Source: the human T2T-CHM13v2.0 reference genome, Homo sapiens. Taken from it: DNA of 64,000 nucleotides. The notes under the pieces are model-generated. The model did not search any database, was not told where the DNA came from, and saw only the letters and a program-made list of their open reading frames with translations. The stretch lies in NCBI RefSeq assembly GCF_009914755.1, contig NC_060927.1; one strand, given 5' to 3'. A program made the translations under genes and the position numbers. Shown one piece after another: positions 13,011 through 24,930 of the stretch. The first letter of the stretch is position 1; the number at the start of each line of letters is the position of its first letter.

Positions 13011-14439
13011 CTCATGGTGCCCCATGGCCAGGCCCTGTCAAGTAGCTCCAGGGCTGACAGCCTCCAACCCCTGGGTCTGGGACTTTTGATTTATCTACTT
13101 ATAGCCCATGAGGCCCAGGCCGAGGTGCCCTTGAGGATGTCACTGGCCAGAAGGAGGCAGATGAGTGAGGCCTGGAAATTGGGGTCAAATTCTCAGTTGC
13201 CCCATTGGCAGATCAGGTATCTTCCTGGCCCCTCCCCTGGCCCCTCTTCCTCATATTTGGGCCTGAGCCCCAGTGTGGTTTGGAGCAACTGAAAACTTTC
13301 AGGCTTCTGAGCCAGCATCCTGTGCCCTCTATGGGGGAAGAGAGTTCTAGGAATGACCCTTCATTCCCTTTGACAAATGGTTAAGAGCACAAGGTCTGGT
13401 CTCATCCAGGCCTGCCTTTCACAGCTGTGCGACGTGGGCGAGTCCGTCAACCCCTCTGTGCCTTGGTTTCCTCACATGCAAAATGGGGGTAGGAGTGGCA
13501 TCTCCCACGTCAGGGCCTGAGCTGTTGACACAAGGTGGTCACCCCCCAACCGGACCATTACCGGAGCATGGGGCAGCACTTTCCCTCCGGCTCCCATCCT
13601 AAATCAGATCCCCTGGTCTTCTGCTGGCCACCAGGTGGTCCCAAATAAGGAGGAAGCAGGGGGGTCTGAGGTTCTCACTGAGGGGGTGGTATGGTTCTTC
13701 ACCCTGGCCACCTGAGCTCCTACATCTTCCTGGAGGGTCCACAGGCCTCGCAGTCAATCATGAATTCACTAGGCTTAGGATGACCACCCTGTCCCCATTT
13801 TGAGGTGAGGCCTAAGCCTTCAAGAGCACTTCTCCAGTATCTGGGCCACTCCAGACCTCTGAGGCTCCCATTCACCCTCATCTGCCTTACGGGTATTTGT
13901 GAAGACTCTGCCCTAAGATACTTCTCAACTTGGGCTGCCTATGTTCTTTTGGGGGACTTGTAAAGGTGGACTTTCAGGCAGGGTGACAGGTGGGCAGGAG
14001 GTTTAGCTCATTTACTTACACTCTGGAGAAGGTGGGAGGGGTTGGGAAGTGAGGAGGTAGAGGTGGGTATGGCTGCTCTGAGCCTCCGTACCTCTCCTGG
14101 CTGGGTCCTTCAGTTCACTGTTCTCAGAATTGAGCCCTGGAGCCTTTTTAAAAGACTCTGGGACTTCAAGCACTATGAATTTAAAAAAGAAATAAAAAAG
14201 ATATTATAAAAGAAAAAACTACAGCTTAAAGAAATTATCAAGAAGAGAAGCAAAGGCCTGTGTTGAGTTTTGGCTGTCCAGTGGCATTCTGCTTTCCTTT
14301 AGGGGATTTGGTCTCCCCAACTGGGAAGAGTCTTGGTGACGATCAGTCAAAGTGTCCCCACCTTCCTGGCCTAAGCGTGGGCATGTGATCAAGCTAGGCC
14401 AATCACCTCCCAGGGATGCTGTCTCCTGGGACGTAGAAT

Positions 14440-14845
14440 CAGTGATTTGCTGGTGCCAGCTCACACTTGCTTGTGAGAGCTGATGGCTAAAATTTCAGGT
14501 ATTTTGTGAGCTGGTTGTTAATTATAGCCATCATTAGAAATCAATTATATAAACCTACAATTATATAAATTATATTTTAAAAGGCAACAAATACCCCAAA
14601 CTTATCACCTCCTAATTATTTTACTACATTTCACTATTATCTATTCTCTCTAGTAGACAGTCTATTGTATCTGCATGGTAGAAATACCGTATAATGGTGT
14701 GCGGCTGCGCCTCTCGTCCCAACTCTGTGTTTAATGATGTCACGTGGGTAACGTGGTGGTATTTACACCAAGGAAATCAGCACCCACTGCAAAAGAGGAT
14801 TCCCTCGCAACTAGAGAGCTGGGGTTAACATTCACCAGCACAGGC
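14440..14845. mobile_element. MER63-like hAT-Blackjack element
   Basis: cagtgatttgctggtgccagctc...aaatttcaggtattttgtgagctggttgttaa...cctaattattttactacattt...ttaacattcaccagcaca matches the recalled MER63 consensus. Confidence 0.75.
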
Positions 14846-15574
14846 TGCTTTGGAATCCTGAGCTATACAAGGACCAAAAGAAGCTTTTGTAGTGGATTTT
14901 TCCCAACCTGCAGTTCCCCAAAGGGACATTTACTTAGTGAGTCGTGCCACTGATCCCTGCATGTCCCCGTTTCCTTCTGGAAAATTGAGCTGGGTTTTCC
15001 AGCCTTTGCTCCAACTTGGAGAGCCCACTCCTAAGCTGCCCTCTTGCCTCCACTATGCTGCCCAGTCAGCTTCTGTTGTTTACGACCGACGTGCCTTAGT
15101 GGAGCGACATCGGCACACAGGCAGAAACAGGCTGAGGAAAGAACCATCACCCCAGTCTCACCCTTCAGCCACAACATGGGGTACATTCTAGATGTTTCCT
15201 GCCAGCCCCTTTCCCCTTGCATCTGTCTTCGTGGAGGTGTTGCCATTGTCAGGACATACGATGCTAAACCCACTTTTTCAACATCACATTATTTCTTGAG
15301 CCTCATCCACGTGGCTTTGCATTCTCTGTAACAATCTTTTTCCATAATGTCCCAAAGGCACGTGGAGAAGCTAAAAGGTACTTAGTTACTTTCCTAATGT
15401 GGGGCACTTAGGAATTACTTGTCTTCTTTTCCCCTTTAGTGTCACATAGAGACGTGGTTGAAAAATCTGGGACTGTGGATTGGGAGACCTGAGTTCTCAT
15501 TTAGTTTTGTGCCAGATGGCTGTGTGAGGCTGCGCAAGATGCCTCCCTCTCTGGGCCTCAGCTTCTTAACCTAT

Positions 15575-15625
15575 ATAATGATGATGATAATGATAATAGT
15601 AATAGTAATAATAATAATGATGATG
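15575..15625. repeat. (ATR)n trinucleotide low-complexity tract at a MIR tail
   Basis: ataatgatgatgataatgataatagtaatagtaataataataatgatgatg. Confidence 0.8.
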
Positions 15626-16018
15626 GTCTCCACTTCCAGGGGTTTCCTGGGCAGTGCTAAGTGTGTTGACTCACATCAGCTCATTTATTACTTCTCACAG
15701 CCCAGGAATAAGAATGATTTCACAGACTGAGTAAACAGATTCTGAGAGGTGATGTTATTTCCTCAGCACAACATAGCTAGTGGGTGGCAAAGCTGGGGTT
15801 CAGACCCAGGATGTCTGCCTCTTAACTCTCTCACCACACTGCCACTTCCTAACGCCCACTTCTTAACGCCCACTGAGCATCGGGCTTGGGGGACAGACAC
15901 ATCAGTACAGCAGTGAGCGTGTCCCTCATTACAGTCCGCTTGCTGTCCTGTTCATGTCCCCACTTTACAGAAGCGAAAGCTTCAGTTCTGAGGACTGAAG
16001 TGGTTTTCCCATGTCAGA

Positions 16019-16360
16019 GTGTTCTGGGCTGAATCATGCTCCCCCAAATCCATATGTTGAAGTCCTAACCCTCAGTACCTTAAAATTGTGGTGGTATTTG
16101 GAGATAGAGTCATTGTAGAGATAGGGACACTGCAGATACTAAATTAAGATGAGGCCATTAGGGTGGGCCTAATCCATGCTATGATTGACACCCATATACA
16201 AAGAGGAAATTTGGGCAGAGAGACAGATATGCATAGTGGGAAGATAATGTGAACAGACACTGGGAGAAGATGGCCATCTACAAGCCTCCAGAACTGTGAG
16301 AGAATGAATTTCTGTCATTTAAGCCACTCAGTCTGTGGTCTTTGGATGGCGTGGCTGAGC
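16019..16360 (+). mobile_element. MLT1 (ERVL-MaLR) solo LTR, MLT1A/B-like
   Basis: tgttctgggctgaat...cccccaaatccatatgttgaagtcctaacc...gagaagatggccatctacaagcc...tttaagccactcagtctgtggt. Confidence 0.85.
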
Positions 16361-18066
16361 TGAGGCTCTGCAGGGAGCCAGGAGGTTGCAGGGGAGAGCA
16401 GGGAGGGGGGTGGCGGGTGTCTCTGCCCCCTGGCCCATACCCACTGTGTGCTGGGCAAGTCCCTTCTCTCCTGGGTCTCAGTCTCCCCATGTGCACCCTG
16501 GGATTACTGAATCAGATGGTCCTTGAAGGCCCTTCCAGACCTGTTGTCTCATGGGTCCATGAGTCTCTCAGGCTCCTATTCCAGCTGCTCTGACCCCACT
16601 GAGCTGGGGTGTGCTGAAGGGGGAGGCCCCAGGGAACACTCCATTCTGCTGTTCTTTCCAGCAGAGCTTTCCCAAGGGCTCACCCAACAGCCTGCCCTCC
16701 TCAGTGTGGGCCGTTTCTCCTTCGTCCTACTTCCTGGCGACTGCTCTGTCCAACTGCCTGCCAATCCAGTGTCAGATACTCTCATCACACTGTACCTGCA
16801 TGTGACACTCTCCTCCGACCTCTGACATCTTCTTTGCCTGCTGCCTGCTCTCTCCCTTTGGGGTGGAGGCTAGGGCAGGTGGGTCCTAGGGAGCCATCGG
16901 CTGAGGCACTAATTTCCACTGACTATAAATAACTCTGGGTCTGAAACCACAGCAGGGGCCTGGATTGCACCAGGAGGAGTAAGATAATCGTTGTGGGGTG
17001 AGGAGGGCCTGTATAAATAACTTACCCGCCCTGTCTGGGCCTCTCGGATGACAGGCAGGCCTGGAGGCAGAGGATCTCTCCAGCTGAACTCGAGGCGTTT
17101 GTGGGACCCAGGCTGGGTGGATGACTCAGGTCCTACTAGCATTCGAGACGGCCCGCCTGCAGTTATACAGCAACATTTCTCACCCCTTAGGCCCGTGTGA
17201 CAGATGAGGAAACTGAGACCCAGGGAGGAGAAGTAATTGGAAACTGGGGTCTAGGCCCCTGGGCTTCTGGGAGCTAGAGAACTGTTGCCAGGGATGCCCA
17301 AATTCTGGTCCCCCGCTAAACCCGACCTTTGGGAGCCAGCGTGGGAGGGCCCTGAAGCTGCTTGGTAGAAAAGGACTGCTGGGCCAAGGCCTGGGGCAAA
17401 GGGCCAAGGGCCAAGGGCACTGCCCTGGCCTGGGCACTGATGGGCCAAGGTTTTGAGGTCACGAATTTTCAAGTGAAGAGAGGCCTGGAGTCTGGCTGTG
17501 AGTCAGCCACCCTTTGACCCATCTGATGTCTACAGAATGGGGGCATCAAGGCAGACAGTTTCACAGTAGTAGAATGTCTGAGCCTGGACAAGCCTCAGAG
17601 ACTACTAGACCAACCTTCTTTATTTTCCAGATGGGGAGGCTGAGGCATGGAACAGGGTGGAGGGAGCTTGGAGAGGGTCTCAGTCGATAAGGGCCAAAGT
17701 CAGGCTGGTCTCCGCCCCTGCCCAGCATGGGTGGACTGAGCACCCTTTTCCTGCACAGTCACATGCATCCCCTTGGGGCCCCCGCAAAGACCAACTTCGC
17801 CTAAGACCCCTGGGCCAGGCACATTGTGTGTTCTCTCATTTAATCCACAGTCAGTGTGGCCCCTGGAAGCCAGACAGTGTCTGCTCCATTTCACAGATTT
17901 AACAAATGATGCATTAAGAACTTATGTGATCTGTGCCCCAACCCAGGCTTTTGGATACTCTAGTTTAGCATTTTTCTCCAGTATCAGAGGTTTTCAATTT
18001 TTTTTTCTTTTTTTCAACACTTTGTTAAAAAACCAAAGTCTTCAAAGCATTTAAAAAGGAGTATCA

Positions 18067-18430
18067 GGCCGGGCACAGTGGCTCATGCCTGTGATCCCAG
18101 CACTTTGGAAGGCTGAGGCAGGAGGTTCGCTTAAGGCCAGGAGTTCAAGACCAGCTTGGTTCACTGCAATCTTTGCCTCCCGGGTTCAAGTGATTCTTGT
18201 GCCTAGCCTCCTGAATAGCTGGGATTACAAGCGTGTACCACCACACCCGGCTAATTTTTGAAACCCTGTTTCTACAAAAAAAAAAATTACCTGGGCATGG
18301 TGGCACATGCCTGTAGTCCCAGCTACTTGGGAAGCTGAGGTGGGAGGATCACTGAGCCCAGGAGGTCGAGGCTGCAGTGACCTGTGATTGTGCCACCGCA
18401 CTCCAGCCTGGGCAACAGAGTGAGACTCTA

Positions 18431-18462
<32 letters not shown>
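18067..18462 (+). mobile_element. AluJ containing an inverted ~105-bp AluS fragment (18156-18260)
   Basis: Left arm, then antisense Alu right-arm piece, then gaaaccctg resumes; AluJ-type right arm; long poly(A); TSD aaaaggagt(a/g)tc. Confidence 0.92.
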
Positions 18463-18465
<3 letters not shown>

Positions 18466-19124
18466 AGTGTCTCTGTCTCTGGTTCATGGTGGTGGGTGAG
18501 AAGCCCCAGAGTCCCATCCATTCAGCATCCCCTTGTCCTGTAGGGCACTTCTGTGGAACCTCAAGGCACTGGGGAACCCAGTGTGAGAACCATTTCCCCA
18601 ACCTTCGGTTTCCCTGCATTCAGTGAATTCACTGGCTCTCCATGCACCTGGAGAAGGCTGTACTCAGGGCCTCATCTTATGGAGCTGGAGGCCCATTTCA
18701 CACTCACAGGGACATAAACACTATTATCCAACCTGACAGTCTACATACACAGCATGAACAAACAGACTAAAAACCAGAGTCTACAAAAATGAATCTGTAG
18801 TTCATGGGCTGGAGTCCTCTGTGCTTTGCGATCTGTTCTAGGCTCCAGGCACAGCGAATTCCTCACTGTTCCCTGTACACATCCTGGTTGTCATCACAGG
18901 GCCTTTGCTCACGCCCCATTAACTGCGTGTGCTTCCCTCCCCATCTTTGCACACTCAATTCTGCCCTGTCCTTTCAGGCCTCACTCAGAGGAAGCTACTC
19001 CTGATTTTGTCCCCAATCAGGTGGGGATCACTCCTCCTTCATCAACCTTTAGAACATTTCCTCTTGCAGTAGTTATTTTTGTCAATAGAAAGCAGCAGAC
19101 CGAGGAGGTCATGTGTGCACATTT

Positions 19125-19325
19125 GGGAGCCAGACAGTGTAGGCACCAATCCTGGCCAGGTCACTTGTTAGACGTGGTGCTCTGAGCCTCAATTTCCTCA
19201 TCTGTAAGCTGGGATGATGACAGTTCCTGTTTCACAGGGGTGATGTGAAGATTATAGGAGAAAATGCCGTGAAGCCTCAGCAGGGAGCCTGGCTGCTGTT
19301 AGTGTTCAATGCATGTTAATTATTC
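19125..19325 (+). mobile_element. MIR
   Basis: ggagccagac...ctctgagcctcaatttcctcatctgtaa...gtgaagatta. Confidence 0.7.
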
Positions 19326-19552
19326 TCTAGTATCATAGCTATAACTAGCATCGTGGCTAGTAACTAGTAGCACAGCTAGACTGGGACAGTCTTAAGGCGG
19401 GAGCAGTTTACAATCCACCTTTGCACCTCCCTTTCCTGGGAATCTATAGGGAGCTTTGGAGAGTAAGGGGATCTGGAAGGGGTTCCTCCTTCCTCCCCCT
19501 GGCTACACTGAGGCCTTGGCTTCCTGCCCTTGGCTGCCATCTTTCCTATTGA

Positions 19553-20065
<513 letters not shown>

Positions 20066-21134
20066 TAACATATATTTGTCCAATAAATAAATGTGTGTCC
20101 ACCTCCATCACTGCTTGGCATATTAGAAGCAGGGGGAAGCAATGGAGATGTTCCATCAGTTCTAGGAGGTGGGTGTTATTATCATATCATTTACAGGTGG
20201 GGAAACAGGTTCAGAGTGAGGGGATGACTTAAGGACTTAGAAGGTGAAGCTGGGACTCAAAGTCAATGGTCTCCATATTCCTTCCCTTTTCTGGGCACAT
20301 AGTAGGCACTTAGTGATTAGTGCATATTGATTCTGCAAAATGATAATGCCTTCATAGTAAGAATCAGGGCCCCCTTCCTCTCCAAGCCTTTGTGTCCTAC
20401 TCAAGGGGCTGCTGTGAGGATCCCAGGGAACAATGTGTTGGGAAGGCCTGGCTCTTAGTTCGCTCACAGTAAATGAGAGCCAGGGTAGTTTTGGGACTCA
20501 GGCCTCTGCATGGTGGGTCTGCCTAATGCTCTGCCTAAAGTGAGGCCCCGTGGAAATGCTGCCCTTACAACCCATCTCTTCTACCACCTCTCTGGGTGCC
20601 TGATTACGGGAAGCACCTAGTGAGCCAAGCAGCATCGCTCACGGGACATGAAGACTCCCTAGTCTTGCTGGAATCACCGGGAAGCCCTTCAGTCAGCTGC
20701 CGGGCAGGATCTTTATCTATCTGTCCCGTGCTCTCCCTGCCACCCCGTGGCCTGCAGAATTATTTGCCCAGCAGACTCTACCACCCCAGCCTATGACCAT
20801 CGATAGCATGCATTGATTAACATGTGGGTTTATTTTATTGATGATTCAGAAGGATATGCAGGCAGCATTCTGGAAAGCATCCACACATGATTCATTGGAA
20901 CTTCACATTAAACTGTGCTTTTGAAGGATTTTTTTTACCCCATGGTAGTGGTGATGGGGGGAGGTGTATAATAAGCATTGCAAATCAAATATGGGGCTGA
21001 CATTTTTTTTAACCAAGACTCACATGCATTGCTCAAGCCCATTGATCTACCAAACAAGCTGCCTTTCTCTTCTTCACTAATTAAAACCCAACGTCTCCCT
21101 TGAAGCCACACAGAGAGTTCCCAGCAGAGAATAA

Positions 21135-21330
21135 TAACAGTAATGCTGAAATAACACCTACCATGTGCCAGGCACTAAGTGCTTTGCACATATTACTTTA
21201 ATGCTTACAGCGACCCTATGAAAGAGGCACTGTTATGACCTCATGTTACAGATGAAGAAACTGAGGCACAGTTAGATAACTGGTCCAACGTCCCACAGCT
21301 GGATAAGAAGTGGTGCCAGGATTTGCACCA
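21135..21330 (-). mobile_element. MIR
   Basis: ccatgtgccaggcactaagtgctttg...ttacagatgaagaaactgaggcacag. Confidence 0.7.
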
Positions 21331-21739
21331 TGATACCAAGTTGGCCTCTTCCCCACTGTGACACTAGTCATAGATCCAGTCAGCCTGGACGGTCCCAGCT
21401 CATGCCTAGCACCCTGGTGTAATTACTAACGGTGCCGTGGTTTGGCTGGTAGAATCTTTAGCCATGTTATATTTCAGGTGGTTCTGAATCCTACCTTCTC
21501 TCCTCAGCTGTCTCCTCAATTCTGTTTTCTCCCAATCCAGGCCATGCTCTCCTCAAGAGCAGGGAACCTTTCTGATCTTCCTCCCCAGCACACAGTACAG
21601 ACCTTCCATTCTGCAGCAGGTCCACAGCCTCTCCTCCATTTTCCTTCCCTCTTCCAATCTCCTTGGGGTCTTGGTGGACTGACCCGTGCCCTCTGGTTGA
21701 GCATGTGACCAGGTCTGATCTATCAGCCCACTCCATCTT

Positions 21740-22105
21740 TAAGCTGCAGGGATTGGCTCAGGAATGGCCATGTGACTATAAGTGGCCCAGTGAGAGCGTA
21801 GTCTGGGATTTTTAATGGGGCGGGGCTTATGAGGAAAGGCCTGGCTGCCGCATTGACCGGGATGGGAGGATGTTAACCCGAAGCTGCCGGAGCCCCCATG
21901 TGCTAAAACCCGCCTGAAAATGAAGCCAACACAGAGGACAGCGGAAGTGAAAGTAGGAGAGGGAAGGACAGAGTCCTCTTGACAGCATTTGAGGTCCTGG
22001 AGCCAGCCGTACCGGAGGCCAGACCTATCCCTGGAGTTTTCAGTTGCACAAACCAGAAAACTCCTTTTGTGCATAAGCCAGTTCGAGATGGGTTTCTGTC
22101 AGATG
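21740..22105 (+). mobile_element. MLT1J-like MaLR LTR fragment
   Basis: gattggctcaggaatggccatgtgac...aatgaagccaacacagagg...tttgaggtcctggagccagcc...taagccagttcgagatgggtttctgtc. Confidence 0.7.
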
Positions 22106-24749
22106 GAGCCCTCATGGATAAAAATGCTCAGCAAATACTGGGCCTAGATTCTTCTGTAAAAGCACTTTCAACTCACGGTCTACAAAAGGCAGAGAGTGGA
22201 AGTAGTACAGTTCTCATTTCACAGATGAGAAAACTGAGGTTGTCGGAGACTAAGTATCTTGCCTGAGGTCTCCCACATACTTAGTGACACAGCTGAGGCT
22301 GGGACACCTCACCAGTCATCATGTCTTCCCCTCCACCCCTGCATTTATTTGAGAAGGCAGCTGTGTTTCCTCAGCCTCTTGCATACTCAGGAGTTTTTCT
22401 CCTCTCGGCCTCATACCTGACAGAGTCCTGGGCCTTAGAATGGAGCATGGGCCGCTTCACATGAAGGCGCTGGAGTGGGGCAGCAAGGCTTTCCCACTCA
22501 TCTCTGGCCAGGCAGTGAATTCCCCATGCCGACTCCGTGTCTGGGGAGCCCCCACGCATGACCCTGCCCAGGCTTCCGCCGAGTCTGTGGCTCCCCTGGC
22601 TTCCCTGTTGACCTCTCAGGGTCTCAGTGATCCTTGGGTTGACAGAACACAGAGGGAACTAGAATGTGGCAACAACACACGGAAGACCCCTGCCCCTGCC
22701 TCCACATCCTCCTGCTGCCCAGCTAGTGGCAGCCCCATGGACGTTCTCGTTCAATATCATATTCACGTGCAGCACAAAGTACCCGCCATCTCCCATGATC
22801 TGCTCTCTCGTCCTCCCTCAGCCCCGCTCTCTCCTCCACTTGGGCAGGCTGTGGGATTCATACAAAATTAACCGGAGGTTCCGTTTCACAGCACTCTGCA
22901 GTATCCAGTTCCCACTCCACCCTGCTGCCGCCCCATCTTTGTCCCCCTTATCAACCCCGCCAGGAAACATGCTACGTGGCAAACACCCAACAGCAAGCTA
23001 TCATCGTCACCCTTTCTGACAACCCGAGGTGGGTGCAGGTGTCAGGAAGTGAGCAATGAGGGCTGTGTGTGCAATGGCTCAGGGCAGCGCAACGCTGGGC
23101 TCAGGGAACTGGAGCCATCTGCTCCATGGGTGACACAGGGTGTCCTGTGTCTGTCCCCAAGCCTGCAGCCTTCTGTCTCATGAAAGGAGGGGCACTGGGA
23201 CATCCCCTGCCTCTTCTTTCTTCTTCCTTTTCTTCTTTCCGTGAATATTTCTTGAGCTCCCAGGCAATGCATCAGGTGTTGGAGACATGGTGGAGAATAA
23301 CACAGAGCTCCTGCCTCTAGGCCTCCCGGACCACCTGGCACTAGTCGCCCATCTTTCCATGTCCTCTGATGGCATGTTAACTCTGCATTGGGCACCGCCA
23401 GTGTCTTGTCTGACTGCCTAATTCTTTCAAGGGGATGGGGCCCATGCATGTTTTTAAAAGAAACACTAGAGTATAATAACAATGATAATAAACACCACTC
23501 TGTAGGTGTCTAGGGTCTGCCTTGCACAGTGGCTTATCTAATTTAATCCTCACACCATTTGCATGAGGTGGGTACTGTTACTATCCTCACTTCACAGATA
23601 AGTTCATTGAGGTTCAGAGAGGTTAAATTGAACTCTCGCAGTGTCCCTTGAAGAGAAAGACACTCAGGAATGGAACTCAGGTTTCTGGGATTTTAATGTC
23701 CTTGGCTGAAACAGTGTGGAAGGAAAGGGAACAGTAGAGGTAAGAAGATAAAGGCGTTAATTAGAATGGAACAGAACCAACAGTGGAAGAGGAAAGGAGT
23801 GGAGCTTAGATGGGGGTAGAGGCTGCCCTTGGCCTCACAGCCTCACAGGGGGGCAGGTTTACCCAACAGGTGTCAGGAAAGTAGGGTCTCCAGGTGGGAC
23901 ATCCAGTACTGCTGGGCTGTGGGAGCCACACCCTGAGCTGGCTGCCAGCCGTGCCCTGGGTGAGCGCTGATTCCCTGTGGCCTCAAACCCCATTTGTCAC
24001 TTTCAGAGATCTTTTTGCCTAAAATTAGCTGAACTTGAATGGGAAGGCTAATTTATGCGTGGCCTGGAGCATTTCCTGCAGTGTGACTCAGAGGCCAGCT
24101 CCCTACTCGTCAGCAGATTAGGGGTAGGGGGTGTCGGGAATGGTCAAACTGAGTCCCTGTGTCTGGAGCTGGCACAGCCCAGACCACGGAGCTTTTAAAC
24201 TGGGGCTGGGGCTGTGCCAAGGATTTCTCTAAATCAGAAGATGGCCAAGCAGGGTGGGACAAATGCTCCATATGAGACAGAGTAAAGGAAGTGTCCCTTG
24301 GCCCCACCCTATTCAGGCCTTGTCCTACAGTGGATGCCAGAGGATTCTTCCCAGGTGGCCGTGCTTGGCTCAGGTCTGAGCATGGGGCTGAGTTCAAAGC
24401 CTGCTCTGACCTGAACTGTGGCAGTGACCTCGAGCCCTCATATCCCCCTCCATAAAATGGGGTAACAGCACCCGTTTCCAGGAACATGTGTCATAGAGAT
24501 GCATAACAGCCTTGTACAAAGTGTTTCTCATGTGTGGACACTGGCCACCATTCCAACCTTTCCGGAGAACGTGCCCACTTTTTCCCGAGTGATGATACTC
24601 ATCATGAAAACAATGACAAGAGCTGACATTTATTGAGCACTTCGATGCTGGGCACTTGACCTGATTTTATTCAATATTCACAGCCTATTTTATTGATGGG
24701 GAAATGGAGGTGTTTAGTTGCTGGGGCTGAATCCTACCACACAGAACTA

Positions 24750-24930
24750 CCCGTGTGTCAGGGACTGTTCTAAGCTACTTCATTTTGTCCTCCCCCAGCC
24801 CTGTGAGGTAGTCACTATTACTATCCATGATTTACAGATGAAGAAACGGGGGCACAAAGAGTTTGAGTAACTTGCCCAGAGTCCCACAGCAGGCAAGTGG
24901 CAAAGCTGGGATTTGAACCTGGGATGCCCA
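24750..24930 (-). mobile_element. MIR
   Basis: ccctgtgaggtag...tttacagatgaagaaacggg...gtaacttgcccaga...gggatttgaacc. Confidence 0.7.
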
